Source: Solirubrobacteraceae bacterium (GTDB lineage Bacteria; Actinomycetota; Thermoleophilia; Solirubrobacterales; Solirubrobacteraceae). Taken from it: a stretch of 64,000 nucleotides of DNA. Made by a program: the position numbers and the translations under genes. The DNA lies in the NCBI GenBank assembly GCA_046594555.1, contig JBKJRO010000110.1, positions 128 to 64,127 on the forward strand, read 5' to 3'. Of this stretch, positions 22,622-31,299 are shown piece after piece (the first letter of the stretch is position 1; every line of letters begins with the position of its first letter). The notes beneath the pieces were generated by a model. That model was not told where the DNA came from and ran no database searches. It was given only the letters and a program-made list of their open reading frames with translations.

Positions 22622-24154
22622 CTACCGCGCGGCGCGCACGGCGGAGCGGCGAACGACGTCGTAGGCCTCGACGTCGAAGGTGCGCGTCCAGGCGCGGTAC
22701 TTGCGCGCCGACGACGGCCAGACGACGGACGCCTGGCCAGATGCGTCCAGGTACCAGCTGCTGCAGCCGCCGGTGACCCAGACGGTGTCCTTCATCAGCT
22801 CGCGGATCCGGGTCGTGTAGGCGTCCTGCGCGGTCTCGGACACGTCGACGCTCGCGAGGCCCTGCGCGTCCATCGTGCGCAGCGCCTCGACGGCGTAGTG
22901 CAGACCGGACTCGATCTGCATGATCTGCGAGGTGTGGCCGGTGCCCGTGCCGACGCTGCTGATCCGGAACAGGTTCGGGAACCCGGCCGTCGTGACGCCG
23001 CGGTAGGCACGCGGCGCGTCGCCCCAGACCTCGGCCAGGGTGCGCCCGCCGCGGCCGCGCAGGATGCCGGCGATCGGCGCGTCGGTGACGTGGAAGCCGG
23101 TCGCGCAGACGATCGCGTCGACCTCGTGCTCGACCCCGTCGGCGGTCACCACGGCATGCTCGCGGATCTCGGTGATCGGGGACGTCTCGAGGCTCACGTT
23201 CGGCTGGTTCAGCGCCGGGTACCAGGTGCTGGTGATGAGGATCCGCTTGCAGCCGATCTCGAAGTCCGGCAGCAGCTTCTCGCGCAGCGCCGGGTCGTCG
23301 ATCTCGCGGCGCATGTAGCCCCGTGCGACGGCCTCGACGACGCGGCGCAGCCAGCGCCGGTGCATCACCTGGTGCAGGACGCCGTCGCGGGCGACGTCCT
23401 GACCCGCGCGCAGCAGGCGCTGGATGGCCGGCACCGCGCGCAGGACGCGCCGCTCAGCGGCGGTGATGTCACGGTCGAACCGCGGGATCACCCAGCCCGG
23501 CGTGCGCTGGAAGATCGTCAGCGCGGCGACCTTCGGCTGGATCGACGGCACGATCTGGATCGCGGAGGCGCCGGTTCCGATCACCGCGACCCGCTTGCCG
23601 GCCAGGTCGTGCTCGTGATCCCAGCGCGCGGAGTGGAACACCAGGCCTTTGAAGCCGTCGAGGCCCGGGATCGCCGGGAACGTCGGCGAGGACAGGAAGC
23701 CGCTGCCGTCGATCACGGCGTCGGCGGTCAGGTCGAGCGTCGTCGTGCGGATCGCCCAGCGCTGGTGCTGTTCGTCCCACGCGGCGTCGAGCACCTCCTC
23801 GCCGAACCGCGTCACCTCGTCCATGCGCAGGTCGCGCGCGACGCCGCGCATGTACTCCCAGATCTGCGCACCGCCGGAGAACGTGCGCTCCCAGTCGGGG
23901 TTGGGGGCGAACGACAGCGAGTACAGGTGCGAGGGCACGTCGCAGGCGATGCCGGGGTACGTGTTGTCGCGCCACGTGCCGCCGACCTCGTCGGCGCGCT
24001 CGAGCACCACGAAGTCGTGGATCCCGGCCGCGCGCAGCGCGTGGACCGCGGCGAGCCCCGTGAACCCGGCGCCGATGATCGCGACGCGGACGTGGCGCGG
24101 GCCGTCCCCTCCGGGCTGCTCGGCCGGCGTGACGGTGCTGGCGGTCGTGCTCAT
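22622..24154 (-). CDS. Type I Baeyer-Villiger flavoprotein monooxygenase
   Basis: Two Rossmann motifs (IIGAGFTGLA, VIGTGASAIQ) and the BVMO fingerprint FxGxxxHxxxWD in FKGLVFHSARWD. Confidence 0.9.
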   Translation of the reverse strand: MSTTASTVTPAEQPGGDGPRHVRVAIIGAGFTGLAAVHALRAAGIHDFVVLERADEVGGTWRDNTYPGIACDVPSHLYSLSFAPNPDWERTFSGGAQIWEYMRGVARDLRMDEVTRFGEEVLDAAWDEQHQRWAIRTTTLDLTADAVIDGSGFLSSPTFPAIPGLDGFKGLVFHSARWDHEHDLAGKRVAVIGTGASAIQIVPSIQPKVAALTIFQRTPGWVIPRFDRDITAAERRVLRAVPAIQRLLRAGQDVARDGVLHQVMHRRWLRRVVEAVARGYMRREIDDPALREKLLPDFEIGCKRILITSTWYPALNQPNVSLETSPITEIREHAVVTADGVEHEVDAIVCATGFHVTDAPIAGILRGRGGRTLAEVWGDAPRAYRGVTTAGFPNLFRISSVGTGTGHTSQIMQIESGLHYAVEALRTMDAQGLASVDVSETAQDAYTTRIRELMKDTVWVTGGCSSWYLDASGQASVVWPSSARKYRAWTRTFDVEAYDVVRRSAVRAAR

Positions 24155-24182
24155 GCGAGCAGACTAGACAAGGTGTCGAGTA

Positions 24183-24203
24183 AAATCAACACGCTGTTGA
24201 TTT
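24183..24203. promoter_or_regulatory. Perfect 21-bp palindrome AAATCAACA-CGC-TGTTGATTT, candidate TetR operator
   Basis: Seen directly in the 78-bp, locally AT-richer divergent intergenic region between the BVMO start (24154) and the tetR start (24233). Confidence 0.55.
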
Positions 24204-24232
24204 CGTCGTGCCCGACGCCTAGAGTCCGGTCG

Positions 24233-24868
24233 ATGACGACGACCGCCCGCGGGCGCCGCACCACCTCAGCCCGCAAGGGCGACGCCAACGAGCAGGCCAT
24301 CCTCGACACGGCTGAGCGGCTGCTGCGGAACACCCCGCTGCACGACGTCTCGGTCGCCGATCTGGCGAGCGGAGCGGGCATCTCGCGGTCGAGCTTCTAC
24401 TTCTACTTCGCCTCCAAGGACGAGGTGCTGCTGGCGCTCGTGGACCGGATCACCGCCGAGCTCGAGGTCGCCGTCGTCGCGATGGGCGAGCGGATCGCCG
24501 AGGACCCGGTCGCGCACCTGACGGCGGGGATCGAGGCGACGGCGCAGGTCTGGCGTGACCACGGGCCGGTCGTGCGCGCGATGAGCGAGGCGGCCGGGAC
24601 CGACGAGCACGTGCGCGACGTCTGGCACGGCACGGTCCGGCGTTTCATCGACGTCAACGCCGCGATGATCGCCGCCGAGCGCGAGCGCGGCGCCGCGCCC
24701 CGCGGCGGGCCGTCGCCCGGCGAGCTGGCGACGGCGCTCGTCTGGCTGAACGAGCGCGCGTTCCACGTCGCGTCGCTCGACCCCGGCGCCGCCCTGTCCG
24801 ACGATCGCATCGTCCCGGTGCTGACCGAGGTCTGGCACCGCGCGATCTACGGCACGCCCGCGACGTAG
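24233..24868 (+). CDS. TetR/AcrR family transcriptional regulator
   Basis: 211 aa counted from MTTTARGRR. N-terminal HTH VSVADLASGAGISRSSFYFYFASKDEVL. Confidence 0.9.
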   Translation: MTTTARGRRTTSARKGDANEQAILDTAERLLRNTPLHDVSVADLASGAGISRSSFYFYFASKDEVLLALVDRITAELEVAVVAMGERIAEDPVAHLTAGIEATAQVWRDHGPVVRAMSEAAGTDEHVRDVWHGTVRRFIDVNAAMIAAERERGAAPRGGPSPGELATALVWLNERAFHVASLDPGAALSDDRIVPVLTEVWHRAIYGTPAT

Positions 24869-24970
24869 CCACCGCCCTCAGCGGGGGTGGCCCGCAATGA
24901 CATCGAGATATGCGGTGATACCGGGCCACCCCCTTGCCCGGGGCCGCCCCGGCTACGGTGGTCGGCGGCC

Positions 24971-27136
24971 ATGGAGCTCGCCCCGGCGACACCGAACGTC
25001 TCGCTGCGACGCTCCGGCGCCGAGCAGATCGTCGTCCTCGCGTTCCCGTACGACCGCCGCATCGTCGACGTCGTGCGCGGCATCCCGCATCGCAGCTTCG
25101 ACTGGGACCGCAAGGAATGGCGCGCGCCCGTCGACGACTGGGTCGGCGTCCACGTCGCCGACGTCCTCGCGCGCTTCCCGGAGCTGACGGCCAGCGACGG
25201 CGTCACCGAGTGGCTCCGCGGCATCGACCACCGCTGGGTCGGCAGCGTCTCGACCGTCCGTCACGACGGCCGCGGCTGGTGGGCGCTGACCACGCGCGCC
25301 GGGCAGCTCCCGCCGGCCCTGCTCGACGGCGCGGTCGAGCACGAGGGCCGCACGCTCGTCCCGCTGACGATGGCCGCGGCCGAGGCGCTGCGCGAGCTCG
25401 CATCGGCGCGCTTCGACGCCGGTGCCGAGCGCTGCCTCAACGCGGTCGAGGTCGGGATCGAGCCGCCGCCGGCGCGGCTGGTCCTGAACGAGCGGGTGGA
25501 CGGCACCCACCTCGCGCTCGAAGTGCTGTGGGACCCGGACGCCGGCACGGCGTTCGAGCGGCTGCCGGCGGCGGAGGAGGGCCGGCGCCTGCCGCTGGAT
25601 CCGTGGATCATCGAGCAGCTCGATGCGTACCTCGCGCTGCACGCGGTCGTCCCCGACGGAAGCGCGACGCGCGCCCTCGCGACGCTGCGCGAGGAGTACG
25701 TCGCCGCGACCGCCGCGATCCGCCGCTCGCGCGCGACCGAGGGCGAGCCGATCCCCGAGACCGCAGCCGTGCTCGGCGGCGAGCTGCAGCCGTTCCAGTG
25801 GGCGGGCGTGCGCTACGTCCTGGACGCGCGGCGCGCGTTCCTCGCCGACGAGCAGGGACTCGGCAAGACTGTCGAGGCGCTCGCGGCGCTCGAGGCCGAC
25901 GGCGCCTTCCCGGCCGTCGTCGTCTGCCCAGCCTCGCTGAAGCTCGGCTGGGAGCGCGAGACCCGTAAGTGGCTCCCCCACCGCTCGGTCGCCGTCGTCG
26001 AGGGCCGCGGCACCGTGCCGCCACGCGCCGACATCACCGTCCTGAACTACGAGATCGTCGCCGCCCACGCGCCCGAACTGGCCCGGCGGGGGCCGCGGGC
26101 GATCGTCGTTGATGAGTCGCACTACTGCAAGAACCCGCGCGCCAAGCGCACGCAGGCCGTCCGCCGCCTGGCTGCGACGGTCCCGGCCGACGGGCTGCGC
26201 CTGGCGCTGACCGGCACGCCGGTGCTGAACCACGCCGACGAGCTGATCGCCCAGCTGCGGGTGATCGGCCGCCTGGAGGACTTCGGCTCGGGCGCGCGCT
26301 TCTCGCGCACGTTCGCCACGCGCGACCGCGGCGTCTCCGAGGAGCGGCTGCACTGGCACCTGCGCCGGCGCTGCTTCGTGCGGCGGCTGAAGTCCGAGGT
26401 CCTCCCCCAGCTCCCGGCCAAGCGCCAGGTCGTCGTGCCGGTCGCGCTCGACAACGAGCGCGAGTACCGCCTGGCCGAGAAGGACGTCATCGCCTGGCTG
26501 CGCGAGCAGCCGCTCGACCTCTCCGAGCTGAACGCCAAGATCGCTGCGACGCTCCGCGCCGAGCGCCTGGCGCAGCTCGGCACGCTCCAGCGCCTGGCGG
26601 CGCGCGGCAAGCTCCACGCGGCGCTCGCATGGATCCACGACTTCCTGGCCTCGGGCGAGGCGCTGGTCGTCTTCGCCCGGCACGTCGAGGTCCAGGAGTC
26701 GGTGCTCGCGCGCTTCCCCGACGCGCTGCACCTGCTCGGGCGCGACAGCGCGGCGGCCCGCGACGCCTCGATCGGGGCGTTCCAGGAGTCCGGCGGGCCG
26801 CAGCTGATCGTCTGCGCGACGCGCGTCGCCGCGCAGGGCATCACGCTCACGCGCGCGTCCAACGTCGCGTTCCTCGAACTCGAGTGGACCCCCGCGATGC
26901 ACGACCAGGCCGAGGACCGCTGCCACCGCATCGGCCAGCGCGACGCGGTCACGGCCTGGTACCTGCTGGCCGCGGATACGATCGACGAGACGATGACCGA
27001 GCTGATCCAGCGCAAGCGCCGGACGGTCGCCGCGGTGACCGAGGGGCACAGCGACGAGAGCGACGGCATGGTCGACGCGGTCATCCGCGAACTGCGCGAG
27101 GGCCGCGCGTTCCGTCACCTGAGGCCCGTCGCGTGA
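24971..27136 (+). CDS. SNF2-family helicase with HARP-like N-terminal domain
   Basis: LQPFQWAGVRYVL, DEQGLGKT (motif I), VVDESHYCKN (motif II), LTGTPVLN and the helicase C motifs QGITLTRASNVAFLELEWTPAMHDQAEDRCHRIGQ. The N-terminal VVLAFPYDRRIVDVVRGIPHRSFDWDRKEWRAPV resembles a HARP repeat. Confidence 0.88.
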   Translation: MELAPATPNVSLRRSGAEQIVVLAFPYDRRIVDVVRGIPHRSFDWDRKEWRAPVDDWVGVHVADVLARFPELTASDGVTEWLRGIDHRWVGSVSTVRHDGRGWWALTTRAGQLPPALLDGAVEHEGRTLVPLTMAAAEALRELASARFDAGAERCLNAVEVGIEPPPARLVLNERVDGTHLALEVLWDPDAGTAFERLPAAEEGRRLPLDPWIIEQLDAYLALHAVVPDGSATRALATLREEYVAATAAIRRSRATEGEPIPETAAVLGGELQPFQWAGVRYVLDARRAFLADEQGLGKTVEALAALEADGAFPAVVVCPASLKLGWERETRKWLPHRSVAVVEGRGTVPPRADITVLNYEIVAAHAPELARRGPRAIVVDESHYCKNPRAKRTQAVRRLAATVPADGLRLALTGTPVLNHADELIAQLRVIGRLEDFGSGARFSRTFATRDRGVSEERLHWHLRRRCFVRRLKSEVLPQLPAKRQVVVPVALDNEREYRLAEKDVIAWLREQPLDLSELNAKIAATLRAERLAQLGTLQRLAARGKLHAALAWIHDFLASGEALVVFARHVEVQESVLARFPDALHLLGRDSAAARDASIGAFQESGGPQLIVCATRVAAQGITLTRASNVAFLELEWTPAMHDQAEDRCHRIGQRDAVTAWYLLAADTIDETMTELIQRKRRTVAAVTEGHSDESDGMVDAVIRELREGRAFRHLRPVA

Positions 27137-27492
27137 GCGGCGGCGAGCCCGGCGTCGAGGACGCCACGCGCCGCACGCACCTGGCCGCCGAGCGGACCTG
27201 GCTGGCCTGGTGGCGCAGCGGCCTGACGGCGATCGCCGCAGGCGTCGGCATCGGCCGCCTGCTGCCCGAGCTGTCCGGCGGGACGACGTGGCCGTACGCC
27301 GTCATCGGCGCCGGGTACGCCATCGTCGGCGTCGCGATGATCGCCTACGCCGAGGTCCGCCACCGGCGCCTCGGCGCAGCCCTGAGCGAGGGCCGCTACG
27401 CCCACCTCGAAGCGGTCGCGCTGCGGCGTTTCACCGTCGCCGGCATCGTCCTCGGCGTGGCCACCGTCGTGATGATCGTGTCGCAGGCGTAG
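27133..27492 (+). CDS. DUF202/YidH-like small membrane protein
   Basis: The GTG at 27133 overlaps the helicase stop (GTGA). LAAERTWLAWWRSGL motif plus three hydrophobic segments; 119 aa. Confidence 0.75.
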   Translation: MSGGEPGVEDATRRTHLAAERTWLAWWRSGLTAIAAGVGIGRLLPELSGGTTWPYAVIGAGYAIVGVAMIAYAEVRHRRLGAALSEGRYAHLEAVALRRFTVAGIVLGVATVVMIVSQA

Positions 27493-27499
27493 CGCGCCG

Positions 27500-27811
27500 T
27501 CAGCCGCCGGCCGGGCTCATCGTGGCCGCGTCCACGTCCATGAGGACATCCATCAGGTCCACCGCGACCCGCTTGCCGAACCCGCCCGCGGGCGGCTCCA
27601 TGGCGCTGAGGACGGCGTGGGCGCGGTCGAGCGCGTCGCGGGTCGCGAACCGGCTCACGACGACGACCCGCCCGCTGTCGGAAGCACCGAAGACGGTGAG
27701 CGAGTGGGACTCGACGCCCTCCGGCGGGCGACCGGCGGCGCTGATCGCGTCGATGGCGGCCCGGACCTGGACGGTATCCGCGCCCTCGAACGTGGCGACG
27801 CGTGCGTACAT
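27500..27811 (-). CDS. Small hypothetical protein, possibly dimeric alpha/beta-barrel (ABM-like)
   Basis: 103 aa from MYARVATFEGADT with good codon bias. The family call is weak. Confidence 0.55.
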   Translation of the reverse strand: MYARVATFEGADTVQVRAAIDAISAAGRPPEGVESHSLTVFGASDSGRVVVVSRFATRDALDRAHAVLSAMEPPAGGFGKRVAVDLMDVLMDVDAATMSPAGG

Positions 27812-27901
27812 CGCAATCAACCTCCTGCTGGGATGCCCCTGCCCGCGTGCGAGCCTACGTCGGACGACGAAGATTGTCGAGGTTGGACGTACGATCACCG
27901 C

Positions 27902-28318
27902 ATGGCCGACGGCAGCGACTTCAACCAGCAGATCATCGCGGAGTTCCGCGCGAACGACGGGATCGTCGGCGGGCCGTTCTCGGGCGCGCCGATGGTGCTC
28001 CTGACGACGACCGGAGCCAGAACGGGAACCGAGCGCACGACGCCGCTGGTCTGCCGCGAGGGCGAGAACGGAACGCTCTTCGTCTTCGCCTCCAAGGGCG
28101 GGGCGCCGACGAACCCCGCCTGGTACCACAACGTCGTCGCGAACCCGCAGGTGACGGTCGAACACGGCGCCGAGCGCTACGCGGCGACGGCGACCCCGGT
28201 CAAGGGCGCCGAGCGCGACGCGGTCTTCGCCGCCCACGCCGCCGAGCGCCCCCAGTTCGCCGAGTACCAGCGGAACACCACCCGGGTCATCCCGGTCGTC
28301 GCGCTGCGCCGGGCGTAG
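27902..28318 (+). CDS. Deazaflavin (F420)-dependent nitroreductase family oxidoreductase (DDN-like)
   Basis: FNQQIIAEFRANDG, LLTTTGARTG and ASKGGAPTNPAWYHNVVANP, typical of the family; 138 aa. Confidence 0.88.
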   Translation: MADGSDFNQQIIAEFRANDGIVGGPFSGAPMVLLTTTGARTGTERTTPLVCREGENGTLFVFASKGGAPTNPAWYHNVVANPQVTVEHGAERYAATATPVKGAERDAVFAAHAAERPQFAEYQRNTTRVIPVVALRRA

Positions 28319-28325
28319 CGCGCTC

Positions 28326-28353
28326 CAGCGGCTTCGGGATCATCTCGATCGCG
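28326..28353. repeat. Relic direct-repeat copy of the 3' end of the GltD-like gene (26/28 identical to 28673..28700)
   Basis: CAGCGGCTTCGGGATCATCTCGATCGCG here versus CAGCGGCTCGGGGATCATCTCGATCGCG at 28673..28700, 347 bp apart. On the reverse strand it reads AIEMIPKPL versus the genuine C-terminus AIEMIPEPL. Confidence 0.75.
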
Positions 28354-28481
28354 GCGCCGCGGCGGCGCCTCGCCCGCCTCGGCGAGCTTCTGGAATGCAG
28401 CCGGCAGCGCAGCGGCCGCTGAACCAGCCCGCGGGCCATCCCACCTGAGTGCTGTCCAGGCGCACCTATTCAGGAATGTAC

Positions 28482-28596
28482 CCGGCGGATGGCACTGCGC
28501 CGGGCGCTCCGGACGGGCCGCCCGGGCCCTCATCGGCCGCTGCGGCAGAACTGCATGCGATGAGTCCCGCCCGGCGGGACGAATCGCATGCAGTTC
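28482..28596 (+). repeat. Palindromic intergenic repeat (REP/MITE-like or structured RNA) with 49-nt hairpin
   Basis: 28482..28570 matches the reverse complement of 1..88. The hairpin at 28548..28596 is GAACTGCATGCGATGAGTCCCGCC/GGCGGGACGAATCGCATGCAGTTC, with 22 of 24 arm positions complementary. Confidence 0.8.
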
Positions 28597-28669
28597 CCGG
28601 TGAAGACCGATGCGCCGACGGTCCGGCGACACCCCAACCGCGTGGGCCGGCGTCCCTACGCCATCGGTC

Positions 28670-30295
28670 CTACAGCGGCTCGGGGATCATCTCGATCGCG
28701 CCGCACGGGCACTCCTCGACGCAGATCCCGCAGCCCTTGCAGTAGTCCAGGTCGAACGCGTAGCCGTCGGCCGTGTCGACCTTCAGCACCGCGTTGTCGG
28801 GGCAGACGCCGAAGCAGTTGTCGCAACCGAAGCAGTTGCCGCACGACAGGCAGCGCCGCGCCTCGAACAGCGCGTTGTCCTCGGTCAGGCCGAGGTTGAC
28901 CTCATCGAACGTCGAGCTGCGTCGAGCTGCGGCGAGCTGCGGCGCGACGGCCTTGTCCGCGTCGGCGTAGTACCAGGGGTTGAGCAGGTCGAAGCCGGCC
29001 AGCTCGGGCCGCGGCGGATGCTCGAACGCCTCGCCTCGCAGCCACGCGTCGATGCAGCGCGCCGCCTGCTTGCCGTGACCGACCCCGACGGTGACGGTGC
29101 GCTCGTCGGGAACCATGTCGCCGCCCGCGAAGATCCCGGCGTGCCCGGTCATCATGTCCGGGCCGACCTGCACCACCCCATCGCGGACGTCCAGTCCTTC
29201 GACGCCGTCGAGCAGCGACAGATCGGCCTCCTGCCCGAGCGCGAGGACGACCGTGTCGGCCTCCAGCTCCTCCGTCTCCCCCGTCGGCTGCGGGAAGCCG
29301 TCCGCGTCGAGCTCCATCCGCTCGAGCACGAGCCGGCCCTCGTCGGCGCGCTTGATCGTGGAGAGCCACTTCATCAGCACGCCCTCGCTCTCGGCCTCCT
29401 CGACCTCGAAGTCGTGCGCCGGCATCCGCTCGCGCGTGCGGCGGTAGACGATGATCGCCTCGTGCGCGCCGAGGCGCTTGGCGGTCCGGGCCGCGTCGAT
29501 CGCGGTGTTGCCGCCGCCGTAGATGACGACGCGCCGCCCCAGCAGCGGCGGCTCCTCGCCCTCCATGCTGCGCAGCATGGTCACGGCGTCGACGATCCGC
29601 GCGGCCTCGCCGGCGGGGATCTCGGCCCGGCGGCCGATGTGCGCGCCGACGGCCAGGAAGGCGGCGTCGAACGCGCCGCCCGTCATCGCCTGCTCGATGT
29701 GCTCGACCTTCGCGTTCAGCTCCAGGCGCACGCCCAGGTCGAGAATCCGCTGCACCTCCGCGTCGAGCACGTCGCGCGGCAGCCGGTACTTCGGGATGCC
29801 GAAGCGCATCATGCCGCCGGCCAGCGGGCCGGCCTCGCGGATCGTCACCGCGTGGCCGCACAGGGTCAGGTGGTAGGCCGCCGACAGACCCGACGGCCCG
29901 GCGCCGACCACGAGGACCCGCTTCCCGCTCGGCTCCGCCGTGAGCACGGGCGCCCAGCCCTGCCGGATCGCCTCGTCGCCGAGGAAGCGCTCGACGGCGT
30001 CGATGCCGACCGCCTCGTCGAGCTGCCCGCGATTGCACGCGGTCTCGCACGGGTGGTAACAGACGCGCCCCATGATCGCCGGGAACGGGTTGTCCTTGAC
30101 GAGCTCGCGCCAGGCGGCCTCGTAGTCGCCGGACTCGGCGTGGTAGAGCCAGCCCTGGATGTTCTCCCCGGCCGGGCAGCCGTCGTTGCACGGCGGCAGG
30201 CGGTGGACGTAGCGCGGCTGCTCGTCGCGCCAGGACCCGGTCTTGTTCGCCCGGCTGGAGCCGACGTCGAGGGTGATCGCGAACGGCTTGTCCAT
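28670..30295 (-). CDS. GltD-like NAD(P)H flavoprotein fused to a C-terminal 2x[4Fe-4S] ferredoxin domain
   Basis: 541 aa counted from MDKPFAITL. N-terminal Fe-S region CNDGCPAGENIQ...CYHPCETACNR, FAD/NAD Rossmann motifs VLVVGAGPSGLSAA and VVIYGGGNTAIDAA, and C-terminal CLSCGNCFGCDNCFGVCP plus CKGCGICVEECP. Confidence 0.88.
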   Translation of the reverse strand: MDKPFAITLDVGSSRANKTGSWRDEQPRYVHRLPPCNDGCPAGENIQGWLYHAESGDYEAAWRELVKDNPFPAIMGRVCYHPCETACNRGQLDEAVGIDAVERFLGDEAIRQGWAPVLTAEPSGKRVLVVGAGPSGLSAAYHLTLCGHAVTIREAGPLAGGMMRFGIPKYRLPRDVLDAEVQRILDLGVRLELNAKVEHIEQAMTGGAFDAAFLAVGAHIGRRAEIPAGEAARIVDAVTMLRSMEGEEPPLLGRRVVIYGGGNTAIDAARTAKRLGAHEAIIVYRRTRERMPAHDFEVEEAESEGVLMKWLSTIKRADEGRLVLERMELDADGFPQPTGETEELEADTVVLALGQEADLSLLDGVEGLDVRDGVVQVGPDMMTGHAGIFAGGDMVPDERTVTVGVGHGKQAARCIDAWLRGEAFEHPPRPELAGFDLLNPWYYADADKAVAPQLAAARRSSTFDEVNLGLTEDNALFEARRCLSCGNCFGCDNCFGVCPDNAVLKVDTADGYAFDLDYCKGCGICVEECPCGAIEMIPEPL

Positions 30296-31296
30296 CACGC
30301 CGCCTCCTCGTCCACGAGCCCGAAGCGAGCGATCGTGCGGTCCGCGCCGGCCTGGATGCGCGCGACCACCTCTGGCCGGCCGGGGTCGCCGAACAGGTGC
30401 GCGAAGCGCCGCTGCGGACGCAGGTAGTCCTCGACCGGCAGCCGGCGGCGGATCTTCGAGACCGCGGTCACGTCCCCGTCGCGCGCCTCGAAGACCGGGA
30501 AGATGCCCGTCTCCTTCGCCAGCCGCGCCAGGCGGATCGTGTCCTTCGACGCCGATCCCCAGCCCAGCGGGCACGGGACGAAGATGTGGATGTAGCGCGG
30601 GCCGCGCAGCTCCATCGCCGCCTCCACCTTGGCCTCCAGGTCGCGCAGGTCGGCGACCGTGGCGGTGGCGACGTAGGGGATCTCGTGCGCCATCGCGATC
30701 AGCGGCGCGCTCTTGCCGGTCCCGAAGACGTTGCCGGGCTCGGGGCCGACGGCCTGCGTCGTCGCGGTCCGCGCGGCGGGCGGCGTGGCGCCGGACCGCT
30801 GGACGCCGGTGTTCATGTAGCCCTCGTTGTCGTAACAGATGTACAGCACGTCGTCGCCGCGCTCGAACATCCCCGACAGGCAGCCGAAGCCGATGTCCAC
30901 CGTCCCGCCGTCGCCGCCCTGCCCGACGACGCGGACGTCCTCGCGGCCCTTGGCCCGCAGCGCGGCGGCCACGCCGGTGGCGACCGCCGGCGCGTTGCCG
31001 AACAGCGAGTGCAGCCAGGGGATCTGCCACGACGTCTCGGGGTAGGGCGTCGTGAAGACCTCCAGGCAGCCGGTCGCGTTGACCGCGACGAGCTTGCCGT
31101 CGGCGGCGCGCATCGCCGCGTCGATCGCGTAGCGCGCGCCCAGCGCCTCGCCGCAGCCCTGGCAGGCGCGGTGCCCGCAGGTGATCGCGTTGGTGCGGTG
31201 CTCGTCGGCCTGGACGGAGCGCTGCCCGGGCTCCAGCAGCCGGTTGCCCACCGCGAAGCTGCCGGTCTGGTAGAAGCGGATCGGCGTCTCGGCCAT
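30295..31296 (-). CDS. 2-oxoacid:ferredoxin oxidoreductase beta subunit (TPP-binding)
   Basis: GHRACQGCGEALG and GGDGGTVDIGFGCLSGMFERGDDVLYICYDNEGYMNTGVQRS (TPP/Mg motif). The stop shares 1 nt with the downstream ATG. Confidence 0.9.
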   Translation of the reverse strand: MAETPIRFYQTGSFAVGNRLLEPGQRSVQADEHRTNAITCGHRACQGCGEALGARYAIDAAMRAADGKLVAVNATGCLEVFTTPYPETSWQIPWLHSLFGNAPAVATGVAAALRAKGREDVRVVGQGGDGGTVDIGFGCLSGMFERGDDVLYICYDNEGYMNTGVQRSGATPPAARTATTQAVGPEPGNVFGTGKSAPLIAMAHEIPYVATATVADLRDLEAKVEAAMELRGPRYIHIFVPCPLGWGSASKDTIRLARLAKETGIFPVFEARDGDVTAVSKIRRRLPVEDYLRPQRRFAHLFGDPGRPEVVARIQAGADRTIARFGLVDEEAA

Positions 31297-31299
31297 CGC

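Noticed and set aside
24953-27118. 721-aa minus-strand ORF opposite the SNF2 helicase. The same applies to 5808..7559, 8473..10215, 14175..16427, 44159..46195, 56659..58770 and 36592..38355 opposite their respective genes.
   Set aside because: All are mirror ORFs of genes with strong motif support on the other strand. Their composition is skewed to Arg/Ala/Gly/Asp/Pro and they lack recognisable domains.
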